DNA from: an uncultured Nitrososphaerota archaeon
GTDB taxonomy: Archaea; Thermoproteota; Nitrososphaeria; Nitrososphaerales; Nitrosopumilaceae
Direction: 5' to 3'
DNA length: 64,000 nt
Assembly (NCBI GenBank): GCA_963701075.1
Contig: OY969559.1
Span: 1,344,001-1,408,000 of the forward strand
Position 1 is the first letter of the stretch. Each line of letters starts with the position of its first letter. Position numbers and translations under genes: made by a program. The notes under the pieces are model-generated. The model saw nothing but the letters and a program-made list of their open reading frames with translations. It was not told the DNA's origin and searched no databases. Positions 20,452-29,337 of this stretch are shown piece after piece.

Positions 20452-20528
20452 GCCACCGTAGCTCAGCCCGGGAGAGCACTCGGCTGAAGACCGAGCTGTC
20501 GCGCGTTCAAGTCCCGCCGGTGGCACCA
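20452..20528 (+). tRNA. tRNA-Phe (GAA) with encoded CCA
   Basis: Acceptor GCCACCG/CGGTGGC; anticodon arm CTCGG-CTGAAGA-CCGAG; TTCAAGT T-loop. Confidence 0.95.
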
Positions 20529-20553
20529 TATAGTTTAAAATAATTTTTGAATC

Positions 20554-20928
20554 CTAATCAGTTCTGCCACTTAAGGTCAAATGTTTGTGTTGTATATATG
20601 CCCGATAGTTTGTAATCAAAAGCAAGACTTGCAAAACATACCCGCCCGTAATTAAGATCAGGGCATTGTAGAGAGGATGTAACGTTGTCATTATTTCAAT
20701 ATGTTTGTAAAATGCGCTATTTCCAACTATAACGATTCCAGATATCACAAAGTTTGGAATGTAAACATGTCTGTAATTTTTTGCTGTCAAGACTGTAAGA
20801 GAGACAAAACAGCCTTCTAACAGAAGGGCTTGTGGAATAAACTTAGGATCCCCCAGCGGAATTCCTAAAACTCCTACGGCAGAGACGGCAGCAAGAATTA
20901 TCACCACATTTTTCTGCATTTTATTCAT
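20554..20928 (-). CDS. hypothetical 4-TM membrane protein
   Basis: Hydrophobic segments; GIPLGDP motif. Confidence 0.7.
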   Translation of the reverse strand: MNKMQKNVVIILAAVSAVGVLGIPLGDPKFIPQALLLEGCFVSLTVLTAKNYRHVYIPNFVISGIVIVGNSAFYKHIEIMTTLHPLYNALILITGGYVLQVLLLITNYRAYIQHKHLTLSGRTD

Positions 20929-21047
20929 TGGTACCTAAAAGAATGATCTATTCTTAATAAAAATACTCGTTGTTTTCAAATTCTGTTAGATGACACCATG
21001 TTAAATATATGGCAAGTACGTGACATATCTATAATGAGGATGAAATT

Positions 21048-21407
21048 ATGAGTACTGCGCCTACAAATGTAAGTAATTATTGCAAAAAAATACTCGACCT
21101 CGATCCGCAAATCAGGTTTGCTGGAAAAATTGTTAACGATCAGCTTGTCTCGTCTGCAAGAAAAGACGGAGTCATTCCACTTCTTGACAAACAACTCGCA
21201 GATCTAGCGCATCATCAGGTTCTCGTAAAAGCGATGATGGATAAAATGTTTACAGATAAGATGGGCAAAACAGACTGGGTTGTTGAATCAAAAGGTAAAG
21301 TGAAACTATTGACCATATTTCAAGAAGATGGAATACTCATAATATCGACAGAGCCCTCATCGGATCATCATTCAATAATTGAAAAGATAAAAAAGATGAA
21401 AATGTGA
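21048..21407 (+). CDS. roadblock/profilin-like thaumarchaeal protein (DUF6659-like)
   Basis: C..ILDLDPQIRFAG...ISTEP pattern; similar to 22718-23110. Confidence 0.7.
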   Translation: MSTAPTNVSNYCKKILDLDPQIRFAGKIVNDQLVSSARKDGVIPLLDKQLADLAHHQVLVKAMMDKMFTDKMGKTDWVVESKGKVKLLTIFQEDGILIISTEPSSDHHSIIEKIKKMKM

Positions 21408-21523
21408 ATTTATTCAAGATTTACATCTAGTGTAAAAATGATCCACGGTAAGCAATTTTTTCCTTTTAATACCAGATGAGACAAGTTTAAAAGCATGATA
21501 TGCATTGTTGGTTAATCGTCGCA

Positions 21524-21757
21524 ATGACCAAGGAAAAGAAAAAAGAGACAAAAAAACCTACAAAAAAGGAGATCAAAAAGAAAGATATTCCAAAAGCAAA
21601 GCCAAAAGAGAAAACCAAGCTTAAGGAAGACATCGTAGAGGAAGATTCAGGAATAATCGTCGTGGAGGATGATACCGACGTAGATAAAGAGGCAGAATTA
21701 GAAGCTAGGAAGGCATATCTTGAAGAAGCTCGATCCCAAGAAGCAAGCGATGATTAA
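21524..21757 (+). CDS. hypothetical Lys-rich/acidic low-complexity protein
   Basis: Basic N-half, acidic C-half; ATG 21524 preferred. Confidence 0.65.
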   Translation: MTKEKKKETKKPTKKEIKKKDIPKAKPKEKTKLKEDIVEEDSGIIVVEDDTDVDKEAELEARKAYLEEARSQEASDD

Positions 21758-21821
21758 GTTCAGTTTTATTTTCTTCATATAGATCATAAACACTTATCCG
21801 TAATAACACGATTAAAAAGCC

Positions 21822-22070
21822 ATGAGGGCTTTATGCTTGATTACTGTCAAGCCTGGAAAGGTGGACAATGTCATAAAGATACTGCAAAAAATACGAAAAA
21901 TCGTTAAAGAAATCATGATTGTTACAGGCAGGGCTGATATCATAGTAGTATTACAAGGCACTATGGATGAGATAAACAACATGGTGATAGATTTCAAGAA
22001 AATAAAGGAAATCGTATCAACAGAAACCCTGATTGAAGTGGAGGTGGATTTAGGCTGGTCAAAGCCGTAG
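21822..22070 (+). CDS. Lrp/AsnC RAM-domain protein
   Basis: ALCLITVKPG, VTGRADII, STETLI. Confidence 0.85.
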   Translation: MRALCLITVKPGKVDNVIKILQKIRKIVKEIMIVTGRADIIVVLQGTMDEINNMVIDFKKIKEIVSTETLIEVEVDLGWSKP

Positions 22071-22274
22071 TCCTCGTCAAATCCCCTAAAAAGCTGATCG
22101 CTGCAAGGCTACGCATGGTAAAGTCCGTTTACGACTCTTTTGCCGTAAGCGGCCAATTTGACGCCGTAGACTCTAATTGACGTAAAAGAGCTGTCCGAGA
22201 TCAAGGAAGTAACTACAGAGATTCAGAACATACGAGGCGTGGAAAGAACGGAAACTATGGTTCAAGTGGTATAG
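22055..22274 (+). CDS. second Lrp/AsnC RAM-domain protein, probable CTG start, split by +1 insertion at 22170; not in ORF track
   Basis: Manual translation (L/M)VKAVVLVKSPKK..VSGQFDAV|ALIDVKELSEIKEV..IRGVERTETMVQVV; GGAGGTG SD 8 nt upstream. Confidence 0.75.
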
Positions 22275-22310
22275 CATAACGGTTTTAACATTGTAGTTTT
22301 TAATTGTCAT

Positions 22311-22721
22311 ATGAACATAAAGCATCTTGGAAGCGTAATAATAGCGGTTTCCGACCTGGAAAAATCCATCAAATATTATAGTGAAATAATAGGGCTGCCA
22401 ATCAAGAACAATAGAGGGGATTGGGCAGAATTGGGAAGAGATGGTGCTACAGTAATACTGCATCCTGCCTCAAGGCCTATCAATACTGGAACATCCATTG
22501 AAAATGGCATTGTAATAGGTCTCATTGTTGGAGATATAGAATCTGCAGTACAAGAACTCAGATCAAGCAATGTTGTAATATATCGAGAAATTACTGTACA
22601 TAAGGCAGGAAAGAATTGCATAGTTCTTGATCCAGACAAGTATATGATCTCGTTGTTTGAACCATCAGCTGAAGGTGGCCCACGACAAGCAAGAGGCTTT
22701 CATGGCTTTGCGCCAGTCTAA
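22311..22721 (+). CDS. VOC/glyoxalase family protein
   Basis: VSDLEKSIKYYSEIIGL, LDPD. Confidence 0.85.
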   Translation: MNIKHLGSVIIAVSDLEKSIKYYSEIIGLPIKNNRGDWAELGRDGATVILHPASRPINTGTSIENGIVIGLIVGDIESAVQELRSSNVVIYREITVHKAGKNCIVLDPDKYMISLFEPSAEGGPRQARGFHGFAPV

Positions 22722-23110
22722 ATTACTTTTTTAATTTTTGCAATAATTTTTGCAATTGCATCTACGGTTACATTTTTGCCTATCGAGACATAGTAGATTC
22801 CTTCTTTACTTTGGAAAACTACTAGAGTTATCTTATCATGTTTGAAGATGGCATAGTTCATCTTCCCTATTGCAATGTCTATTTTGTTACGCATGTTAAA
22901 CATAGTGGACACCAAAAAGAATTCGTTTCTTGCTGATTCTGATTTCAAAAGAATGTTAGTTCCAGGTTTAATTATTCCAGTTAGCGTCCTTCCATATTCA
23001 TTTACAAGTCCAACATATCGGATTGAAGGAGACAAACCTACGATCTGCTGACACTTCTTTTTATATTTGGAAATTTCTTCGTTCCATTTTTGATTTGGTG
23101 TTTTGTTCAC
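22718..23110 (-). CDS. roadblock-like thaumarchaeal protein (DUF6659-like)
   Basis: CQQIVGLSPSIRYVGLVNEYG. Confidence 0.7.
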   Translation of the reverse strand: MNKTPNQKWNEEISKYKKKCQQIVGLSPSIRYVGLVNEYGRTLTGIIKPGTNILLKSESARNEFFLVSTMFNMRNKIDIAIGKMNYAIFKHDKITLVVFQSKEGIYYVSIGKNVTVDAIAKIIAKIKKVI

Positions 23111-23147
23111 AAGAAACGTAATGTTTTATAGCTTTATAAAGTTCGAG

Positions 23148-23519
23148 CTAATTTTTCTTTTCCTTGTTTTTGCTAGTTTTCAGAACAGAATTTTCTTGTC
23201 GTAGTCTCTCATTTTCTTCTTGTAATGTCTCTACTGCCTGTATTTTTGCATGCATTGGATGCCCTGGCATGAACTGACTGGGAGACAGATTAAACAGACC
23301 TGACGCATAATGCTGGAACATTGCATGATGACCATCCAATCTTCCCATCATGGCATCTTTGTCACGCACTATGACATCCTTGATTTTACTGACATTTGAT
23401 ATGCCAAGTGATGGGTTTACTCGCGGCGGGAGCCTTGGAAAAGCAAAAGGAGAATTAATCATGTCAAATGGCTGATTGTATAAATCCATCATTCTTTTAG
23501 TATTAATATAACCCCACAC
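23148..23519 (-). CDS. hypothetical protein with C-terminal coiled coil
   Basis: ETLQEENERLRQEN; start uncertain. Confidence 0.6.
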   Translation of the reverse strand: MWGYINTKRMMDLYNQPFDMINSPFAFPRLPPRVNPSLGISNVSKIKDVIVRDKDAMMGRLDGHHAMFQHYASGLFNLSPSQFMPGHPMHAKIQAVETLQEENERLRQENSVLKTSKNKEKKN

Positions 23520-23663
23520 GAAAGCAAGTCAAGTCTGACCCTTATTTCATGGTTACGCACGAATTCGCTCGTTAGATAACCTATCATGTCAAGTGACAGT
23601 CATTTTTTATCAAATTACGTTGATCGCAGATCCTTATAGAACGGCCAGATCGAGATAAAAGAA

Positions 23664-23813
23664 ATGTCAAAAACAATATCTATGAACTGTATGAAATGTA
23701 AAAAAAATATAGTTTCAACAGATTTGTATAAAATTGTAATGTATATTATTGATCAAAAGTTCACCGATCATCATTACGAACATGTTGAATGTCCAGACAA
23801 ATTTACTGTCTAA
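23664..23813 (+). CDS. 49-aa CxxC...HxxC zinc-binding microprotein, not in ORF track
   Basis: MSKTISMNCMKCKKNIVSTDLYKIVMYIIDQKFTDHHYEHVECPDKFTV; stop overlaps the cyclase stop. Confidence 0.65.
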   Translation: MSKTISMNCMKCKKNIVSTDLYKIVMYIIDQKFTDHHYEHVECPDKFTV

Positions 23814-24610
23814 ACATGTAACGCGTAAACATCATAGATTTTCCCAGTCTCCTTGTCGTGATACATCCATTGATTTCCATGCCATTCCATTTTTTTGAAC
23901 AAGTCCTTCAAAGATGGATGTAATTTTTCGTAAACATCTTTTCCAATTAAGATCTGGTTTGGTCTTGCTAACGCGGTAATCTTTGCGGCTATGCTTGCTG
24001 CAGGGCCCAAGATGTCTACATGCGATCTAATTTTATCTGATCCATATCGCACGATAGCATTTTCGCCAAAGTCCATCCCTACTTTTACACGTAGTTCTGG
24101 ATAATCATATTCGCTTAGAATTGGGTTGATCCCTCTTTCTATTACATCGATCATGGTTTTTGCGCAATTTACTGCATTATCAGAAACAACAAGTGGGTTT
24201 TCTTCTGCAACAAAGTATCCAATTACAGCATCTCCGACATACTTGAGTACGTATCCTCCATAATTTTTTATCACGTATCTCATTTCTTGGGAGAAAGAAC
24301 TTATGATTATCCCTAGTTTTTCAGCTGGGAGTGTCAGAGACATTTCTGTTGAACCTACAAGATCTACAAACATTACTATCATGTGCTGCCTCTGCGATAC
24401 ATGATTACGGAGAAACTGATCAGATTCATCTACCAAATAACCGTATTCATATCCCTTTTTGAGCGAACCCCAGACCCTTTTCTGCGTCTCTTTTATGAGC
24501 GATTCTGTGTCAAGGCATCCTGTTCGACCTCCACTTAGCATCATGTCTACTATACTATTAGTAGAGATTTTCTCATCAGGAGTGGATTCGGATTCAGGGG
24601 TTTCACTCAT
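23810..24610 (-). CDS. class III adenylate/guanylate cyclase domain protein
   Basis: VMFVDLVGST, KYVGDAV, VKVGMDFG, DILG. Confidence 0.9.
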   Translation of the reverse strand: MSETPESESTPDEKISTNSIVDMMLSGGRTGCLDTESLIKETQKRVWGSLKKGYEYGYLVDESDQFLRNHVSQRQHMIVMFVDLVGSTEMSLTLPAEKLGIIISSFSQEMRYVIKNYGGYVLKYVGDAVIGYFVAEENPLVVSDNAVNCAKTMIDVIERGINPILSEYDYPELRVKVGMDFGENAIVRYGSDKIRSHVDILGPAASIAAKITALARPNQILIGKDVYEKLHPSLKDLFKKMEWHGNQWMYHDKETGKIYDVYALHV

Positions 24611-24616
24611 TTGCCA

Positions 24617-24748
24617 TCACTCCAATGGGAAATTGACTCCGCATACTGGACATTGACCTCTTTCTCCCTTGTATTTTATATCAAAGTATTGCACAATTTC
24701 TACGTCACAATTCCAACAGATTATTTTTTTAAACGAGGGTTTTGCCAT
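24617..24748 (-). CDS. 43-aa zinc-ribbon microprotein upstream of the cyclase, not in ORF track
   Basis: MAKPSFKKIICWNCDVEIVQYFDIKYKGERGQCPVCGVNFPLE; 6 bp before the cyclase ATG; TTTAAATA TATA-like box upstream. Confidence 0.75.
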   Translation of the reverse strand: MAKPSFKKIICWNCDVEIVQYFDIKYKGERGQCPVCGVNFPLE

Positions 24749-24827
24749 CTTCTCGTACAATTAAAGTCGCTCTCAATTGATATTTAAACTACCTATCAAT
24801 TTTATTTAAGAGGAACAAGGAAAAAGC

Positions 24828-25664
24828 GTGCAAATCCCATCAAACTTGACCGATCCATTTGTAAAATCCATGTCGGAGAAAGGCGAAGAAATACGTACTT
24901 TATTTCTTGAGCATGTAAAGGGCCTTGTCATAAAGGTACCAGTAAGAGTAATGCTGGGCGATGGGACTGTCTCAAACCAAGAATCCTTTGATCCTGGAAA
25001 AGCAAGACAGTTTTATGACTCCATTCTAAGAAGCCTGCCAGGTTGGACGCATGATGGCACATCAGTCACAACTGACCAAGATCTAAGACGTAGTTTTATC
25101 AAATTTGAAGTAAAAGAGAGCAACTATGTCTTGTCGGCGCACATGTCGCTTCAGTATCATGCCTTGCTCTTTTACAAACTTGACCACAAAGTAATTGACA
25201 TACAAAAGGAGTTATCTGAAATAAGTGACAAAATAAAGGATCTTCAGCAAAATATGGCTCCACAGAGCGATAAAATAATAGAAGAAACGATGAGGCAAAA
25301 GGGATATGAAAACATGGATCAGCAAAAACTCTTCGAGGTGCTATTTGAGCATGATGACTTGACACAAGAACTGGCAAAACATCTACAATCAAACCACGAA
25401 AAAATCAACAAGCTAATTGAAAGACAGAGTTTTCTTTTCAAGGAATTAGACAACATGTTAATTGAAGTATATCATACAACTCCTGTGATGATTGATGAGA
25501 TGAAAATGATTGCTGCGGAAGAAGGCTGCCTGTGTATCTTTAATTTGGAGCATTTAAAAAATAATTCAAGAGATGGAAATTTAGATCTAGTAAGAATGTC
25601 AGCCACGGTAAAAGACAATTTGTTAAAGCGAATGGATGAGATCAAAAAGGCGTTAAAAATTTAA
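24828..25664 (+). CDS. conserved hypothetical coiled-coil protein
   Basis: 278-aa ORF followed by a T-tract at ~25685. Confidence 0.75.
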   Translation: MQIPSNLTDPFVKSMSEKGEEIRTLFLEHVKGLVIKVPVRVMLGDGTVSNQESFDPGKARQFYDSILRSLPGWTHDGTSVTTDQDLRRSFIKFEVKESNYVLSAHMSLQYHALLFYKLDHKVIDIQKELSEISDKIKDLQQNMAPQSDKIIEETMRQKGYENMDQQKLFEVLFEHDDLTQELAKHLQSNHEKINKLIERQSFLFKELDNMLIEVYHTTPVMIDEMKMIAAEEGCLCIFNLEHLKNNSRDGNLDLVRMSATVKDNLLKRMDEIKKALKI

Positions 25665-25706
25665 AAATTGTTTATATTCCAGTCTTTTTTATTTATTGAT
25701 ACTTTT

Positions 25707-25779
25707 AGTCAAGGGACCATGGAACTGATACGAGACGTCACACAGATTTGGGGAGTTGACGTCAAGTGGCCCCTTGACT
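25707..25779. other. intergenic nested stem-loop (candidate ncRNA or mobile-element remnant)
   Basis: AGTCAAGGGACCA/TGGCCCCTTGACT outer stem; GACGTCA/TGACGTC inner stem. Confidence 0.5.
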
Positions 25780-25952
25780 TCTTAGATCTGAGATCTGATC
25801 CAAATGATATTTAGCCTTTTCCAGATCCCTGAAAATATTAGAAAAAAAGAAAATAGCGATACAATTTTTGCATGAATTGTGTATAAAAATCAAAAATGCT
25901 CAACGTTTTTTGGCCTTCTACTATTTAAAAAACCAAATATACCGTAACAAGC

Positions 25953-27173
25953 GTGAAGAGGATATTGAATTTAACTTATGAAGATATTGTAAAATCGCAA
26001 AAGATCCAAGGAAGAGTAATCCGTAGTACACCGCTTGAACTGTCTCGTACTTTTAGCCATATGACAGGTTCTCAGGTTTATCTGAAATCAGAATGCTTGC
26101 AAAAAACTGGCTCGTTCAAAGTTCGTGGGGCATATGCAAAGATTGCTACTTTGACAGGGGAAGAAAAAAGAAAAGGAGTCATTGCAGCATCGGCTGGAAA
26201 TCACGCTCAAGGAGTTGCATTTGCCTCAGCATTAGAAAAAATCCCTTGCACAATTGTAATGCCTGTCACTGCCTCGCCTGCAAAGGTGTCGGCAACTAGA
26301 TCATATGGTGCAAACGTTGTACTATACGGCACAATATATGACGAATCATGGTCCAAGGCACAAGAACTATCGAGAAAAACAGGTGCCACCATAATACATG
26401 CGTTTGATGATGAAACTGTTATCGCAGCACAAGGAGTAATAGGTCTTGAAATAATGCACGATCTTCCAAACGTTGACGAAATCTATGTTCCAATAGGAGG
26501 CGGCGGTCTTGCAGCTGGAATTTTGAAAGCAGTCAAGTCAAAAAAACCCCATGTCAAAGTAATCGGAGTCCAGTCATCTGCATTTCCAGCAATGAAGAAA
26601 TCCTTTGACTCTGGCAAACTTGAAGCAGTGAGAGGACAAAGAACAATTGCAGATGGGATCTCGGTAAAAAAACCTGGCGAGTCCACATTTAAGATCATCA
26701 AGGAGTTGATTGACGATATAGTTTTAGTAGATGATTCACAGATTGTCAAGGCCATGTTTCTTTTAATGGAGAGGGCTAAAATGGTAGTAGAGCCAGCAGG
26801 AGCAGTAAGCCTTGCATATCTTCTTGACAAAAAACCTACCAAAGGAAAGAATGTCGTGCCAATACTTTCTGGAGGTAATGTCGACATGTACTTGCTTGGT
26901 CAAATAGTTGCCAAAGGTCTAACCGAGATGAGGAGAATGGTCAAGATTTTCATTGTACTCACTGACAAGCCAGGTGCTCTAAAGGAAGTGATAGATGTAA
27001 TATCTTCCCTAAGTGTGAACATAGTTGAAGTAGTTCATGATAGATTAAGCTCAAACATTCCAGCAGGCACTGCTGGTGTAACTCTAAGCCTGGAAACTGA
27101 GAATCCAAGACATGCAGAGCGGCTCATAGCAAATCTGAGGCAGAGAAATATCATATTCAAGATAGTTACTTGA
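25953..27173 (+). CDS. ilvA: threonine ammonia-lyase with C-terminal ACT domain
   Basis: LQKTGSFKVRGA, ASAGNHAQG, GGGGL, DKPGAL. Confidence 0.93.
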   Translation: MKRILNLTYEDIVKSQKIQGRVIRSTPLELSRTFSHMTGSQVYLKSECLQKTGSFKVRGAYAKIATLTGEEKRKGVIAASAGNHAQGVAFASALEKIPCTIVMPVTASPAKVSATRSYGANVVLYGTIYDESWSKAQELSRKTGATIIHAFDDETVIAAQGVIGLEIMHDLPNVDEIYVPIGGGGLAAGILKAVKSKKPHVKVIGVQSSAFPAMKKSFDSGKLEAVRGQRTIADGISVKKPGESTFKIIKELIDDIVLVDDSQIVKAMFLLMERAKMVVEPAGAVSLAYLLDKKPTKGKNVVPILSGGNVDMYLLGQIVAKGLTEMRRMVKIFIVLTDKPGALKEVIDVISSLSVNIVEVVHDRLSSNIPAGTAGVTLSLETENPRHAERLIANLRQRNIIFKIVT

Positions 27174-27283
27174 GCAATAGATTTTTTACAGAATTTGGAC
27201 TACAAATCGCTATCATAAGGTCCTGTCATCTTCACTACTGTATTTCTAACTGTTAACGCAGTTGCTGGTATTTGATATCTGAT

Positions 27284-27400
27284 CTATTCATCAATTATTG
27301 TAGTTCCATCTGAAAACACCGTTACTTTTTTTCCATTATTCCACAATACAACTACTTTTTCATCAGTAAGAATGATGTCTTTGAATCCCTTTATAGCCAC
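27284..27400 (-). CDS. 38-aa microprotein downstream of mntH, not in ORF track
   Basis: GAGGTGA SD just before GTG; MAIKGFKDIILTDEKVVVLWNNGKKVTVFSDGTTIIDE. Confidence 0.55.
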   Translation of the reverse strand: MAIKGFKDIILTDEKVVVLWNNGKKVTVFSDGTTIIDE

Positions 27401-27450
27401 ATTATCACCTCTTGTTTTTGCAAAACCATAATGGTTACCATATTGTCTGA

Positions 27451-28749
27451 CTACGTTGGCGTCAGGCTTGGAACAAATGTAGTGATTATGAGATAGGAGT
27501 TGAATCCAAGTATTAGTCCTACAACCGCGTACGCCACTATATTTGTGATCTTTCGGTTAACAAACTCTCCCATTAGTTTCTTGTTTCTTGAAAGAAGCAC
27601 CAATGGAATCATGGGTAGCGGTATCAGTAAACTAAGTATGATTTGGCTGTAGACCAATATGTTTAGTGGGTCAATACCTAGAAGTACTGCAATAGTACAT
27701 GGCACTACATTAACAAATCTAGTTATGAAGCGTCGGATCCAAACGTTTGTCTTCTTTCCTAATAGACCTTCATATATTGATTGACCAGCCATTGTTCCAA
27801 CTACTGAAGATGAAATTCCTGAAGCCAGTAGAGTTACAAGAAAGATCACTCCAGCTCCAATTCCAAATAGAGGAACCAGTATCTTGTAGGCGTCGTTTAT
27901 GGAAGCAACACCAGGGTTGTTAACGTGAAATGCTGATGCGGCTACTATCATTATTGCTGCGTTTATCACACCTGCAATGGTAAGAAGTATGATACATTCA
28001 TACAAGTGGAGCTTGCGAGCCTTTCTTCTCTCATCGAGTGATTTATCATGCATTTTTGTCGCTGTGAGTGACGTATGAACAAAGAGTGCATGCGGCATAA
28101 CCGTAGCTCCGATGACTCCAACTGCTATCATAAGAGCACCGCTATTATCAAGTATGGGCATAACCGAATGGTATGCAATAGATGGCAGATCTGGTTTTGT
28201 TAGAAAGAGCTCATAGAAGAAACCAATTCCAATAACCGATACAAACAACATGAACATCTGCTCGATAATTCTAAATTTGCGTGTTGTAAGGGTCAGTATC
28301 AGGATAACATCAAATGCTCCAAATATTGAAGCATAAATCATAGGTACGCCAAATAGCAAATTTAAAGCAATAACAGTTCCAAGATACTCTGCCAAGTCTG
28401 TCGCGGCAGCTGCTCCCTCTGCAGCAAGCCAATAGGGAATAACGAATACTTTTTTCTTCAATTTTTCACGCAATATCTCTGGCAAAGATTGCCCCGTAGC
28501 TATTCCAAGTTTCCCAGATAGATACTGGAGAAGCATTGCCATTCCACTTGCGAGCCATACCACCCATAGCAGATTATAGTTGTACGCTGCTCCTCCCTGG
28601 ATATCGGTTCCATAGTTTCCAGGGTCCATGTAAGCAATGCTGACAATGACGGCAGGACCCATGTAGGAAAATAGTTGTGCAAGCATGCTGTTACGATAAG
28701 CTGCCCTGATCTTGGAAAACTTGCTGGTTTTTTCTGGGATCTCTGTCAT
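27451..28749 (-). CDS. mntH: Nramp-family divalent metal (Mn/Fe) transporter
   Basis: YMDPGN and GATVMPH signatures. Confidence 0.95.
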   Translation of the reverse strand: MTEIPEKTSKFSKIRAAYRNSMLAQLFSYMGPAVIVSIAYMDPGNYGTDIQGGAAYNYNLLWVVWLASGMAMLLQYLSGKLGIATGQSLPEILREKLKKKVFVIPYWLAAEGAAAATDLAEYLGTVIALNLLFGVPMIYASIFGAFDVILILTLTTRKFRIIEQMFMLFVSVIGIGFFYELFLTKPDLPSIAYHSVMPILDNSGALMIAVGVIGATVMPHALFVHTSLTATKMHDKSLDERRKARKLHLYECIILLTIAGVINAAIMIVAASAFHVNNPGVASINDAYKILVPLFGIGAGVIFLVTLLASGISSSVVGTMAGQSIYEGLLGKKTNVWIRRFITRFVNVVPCTIAVLLGIDPLNILVYSQIILSLLIPLPMIPLVLLSRNKKLMGEFVNRKITNIVAYAVVGLILGFNSYLIITTFVPSLTPT

Positions 28750-28787
28750 GATTTCTAATTTAAAGAGTTTTCAGGCTACATATAATG

Positions 28788-28824
28788 TTTAGCTTAGGCT
28801 ACATTATTTAGCTTGATCTAAATT
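28788..28824. promoter_or_regulatory. tandem DtxR/MntR-like operator palindromes upstream of mntH
   Basis: TTTAGCTTAGGCTACA and ATTTAGCTTGATCTAAAT, both TTTAG-N6-CTA(A/C)A. Confidence 0.6.
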
Positions 28825-28873
28825 CAAATATGTATAGAAGCTGTTATTATCAGTAAACAAAAATATGATCTAG

Positions 28874-29314
28874 TTGACAAAAACTAGATCGTAATGGAAT
28901 GGTAGTTGTATTCTCACATGGTCAGATATAGAAACAGATGTAAAGATCCTTGCAGAGAAAATAAAAAATACAGGCTTTAGATTTGATGAGATTGCTACTG
29001 TATCAAGAGGCGGATTAATTCCATCTAGATTGTTAGCTGACCAGTTAGATGTCAAAAGCATACGTGTTGACAAAAACAAGATACCTGCAAAAACATTGTT
29101 TGTAGATGACATCTACGATTCAGGAAAGACTTTTAAAAAAATCATCTCACAGGTAGAATTTCCTGATAATTTCATATACGCAACTCTGATTGCGCGAAGA
29201 AAAACAAGATATCCAAAACAGTTGGTCTATGCGAAAAAAACTAAAGGTACAGAATACATCGTGTTTCCTTGGGAATTGCTAGAACAAAAAAGATCAAAAC
29301 CCAAAAATAATTAA
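28874..29314 (+). pseudogene. type I phosphoribosyltransferase with disrupted 5' end (in-frame TAA at 28892-28894 or non-standard start)
   Basis: Frame reads LTWSDIE..ATVSRGGLIPSRLLAD..LFVDDIYDSGKT..VFPWE, but no ATG/GTG/TTG lies between the TAA and the conserved N-terminus. Confidence 0.65.
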
Positions 29315-29337
29315 TGATGGTGCAAGTTATTTAGCAT

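Noticed and set aside
20452-24750. Island integrated at tRNA-Phe
   Set aside because: No att repeat or mobility gene; the genes look lineage-typical.
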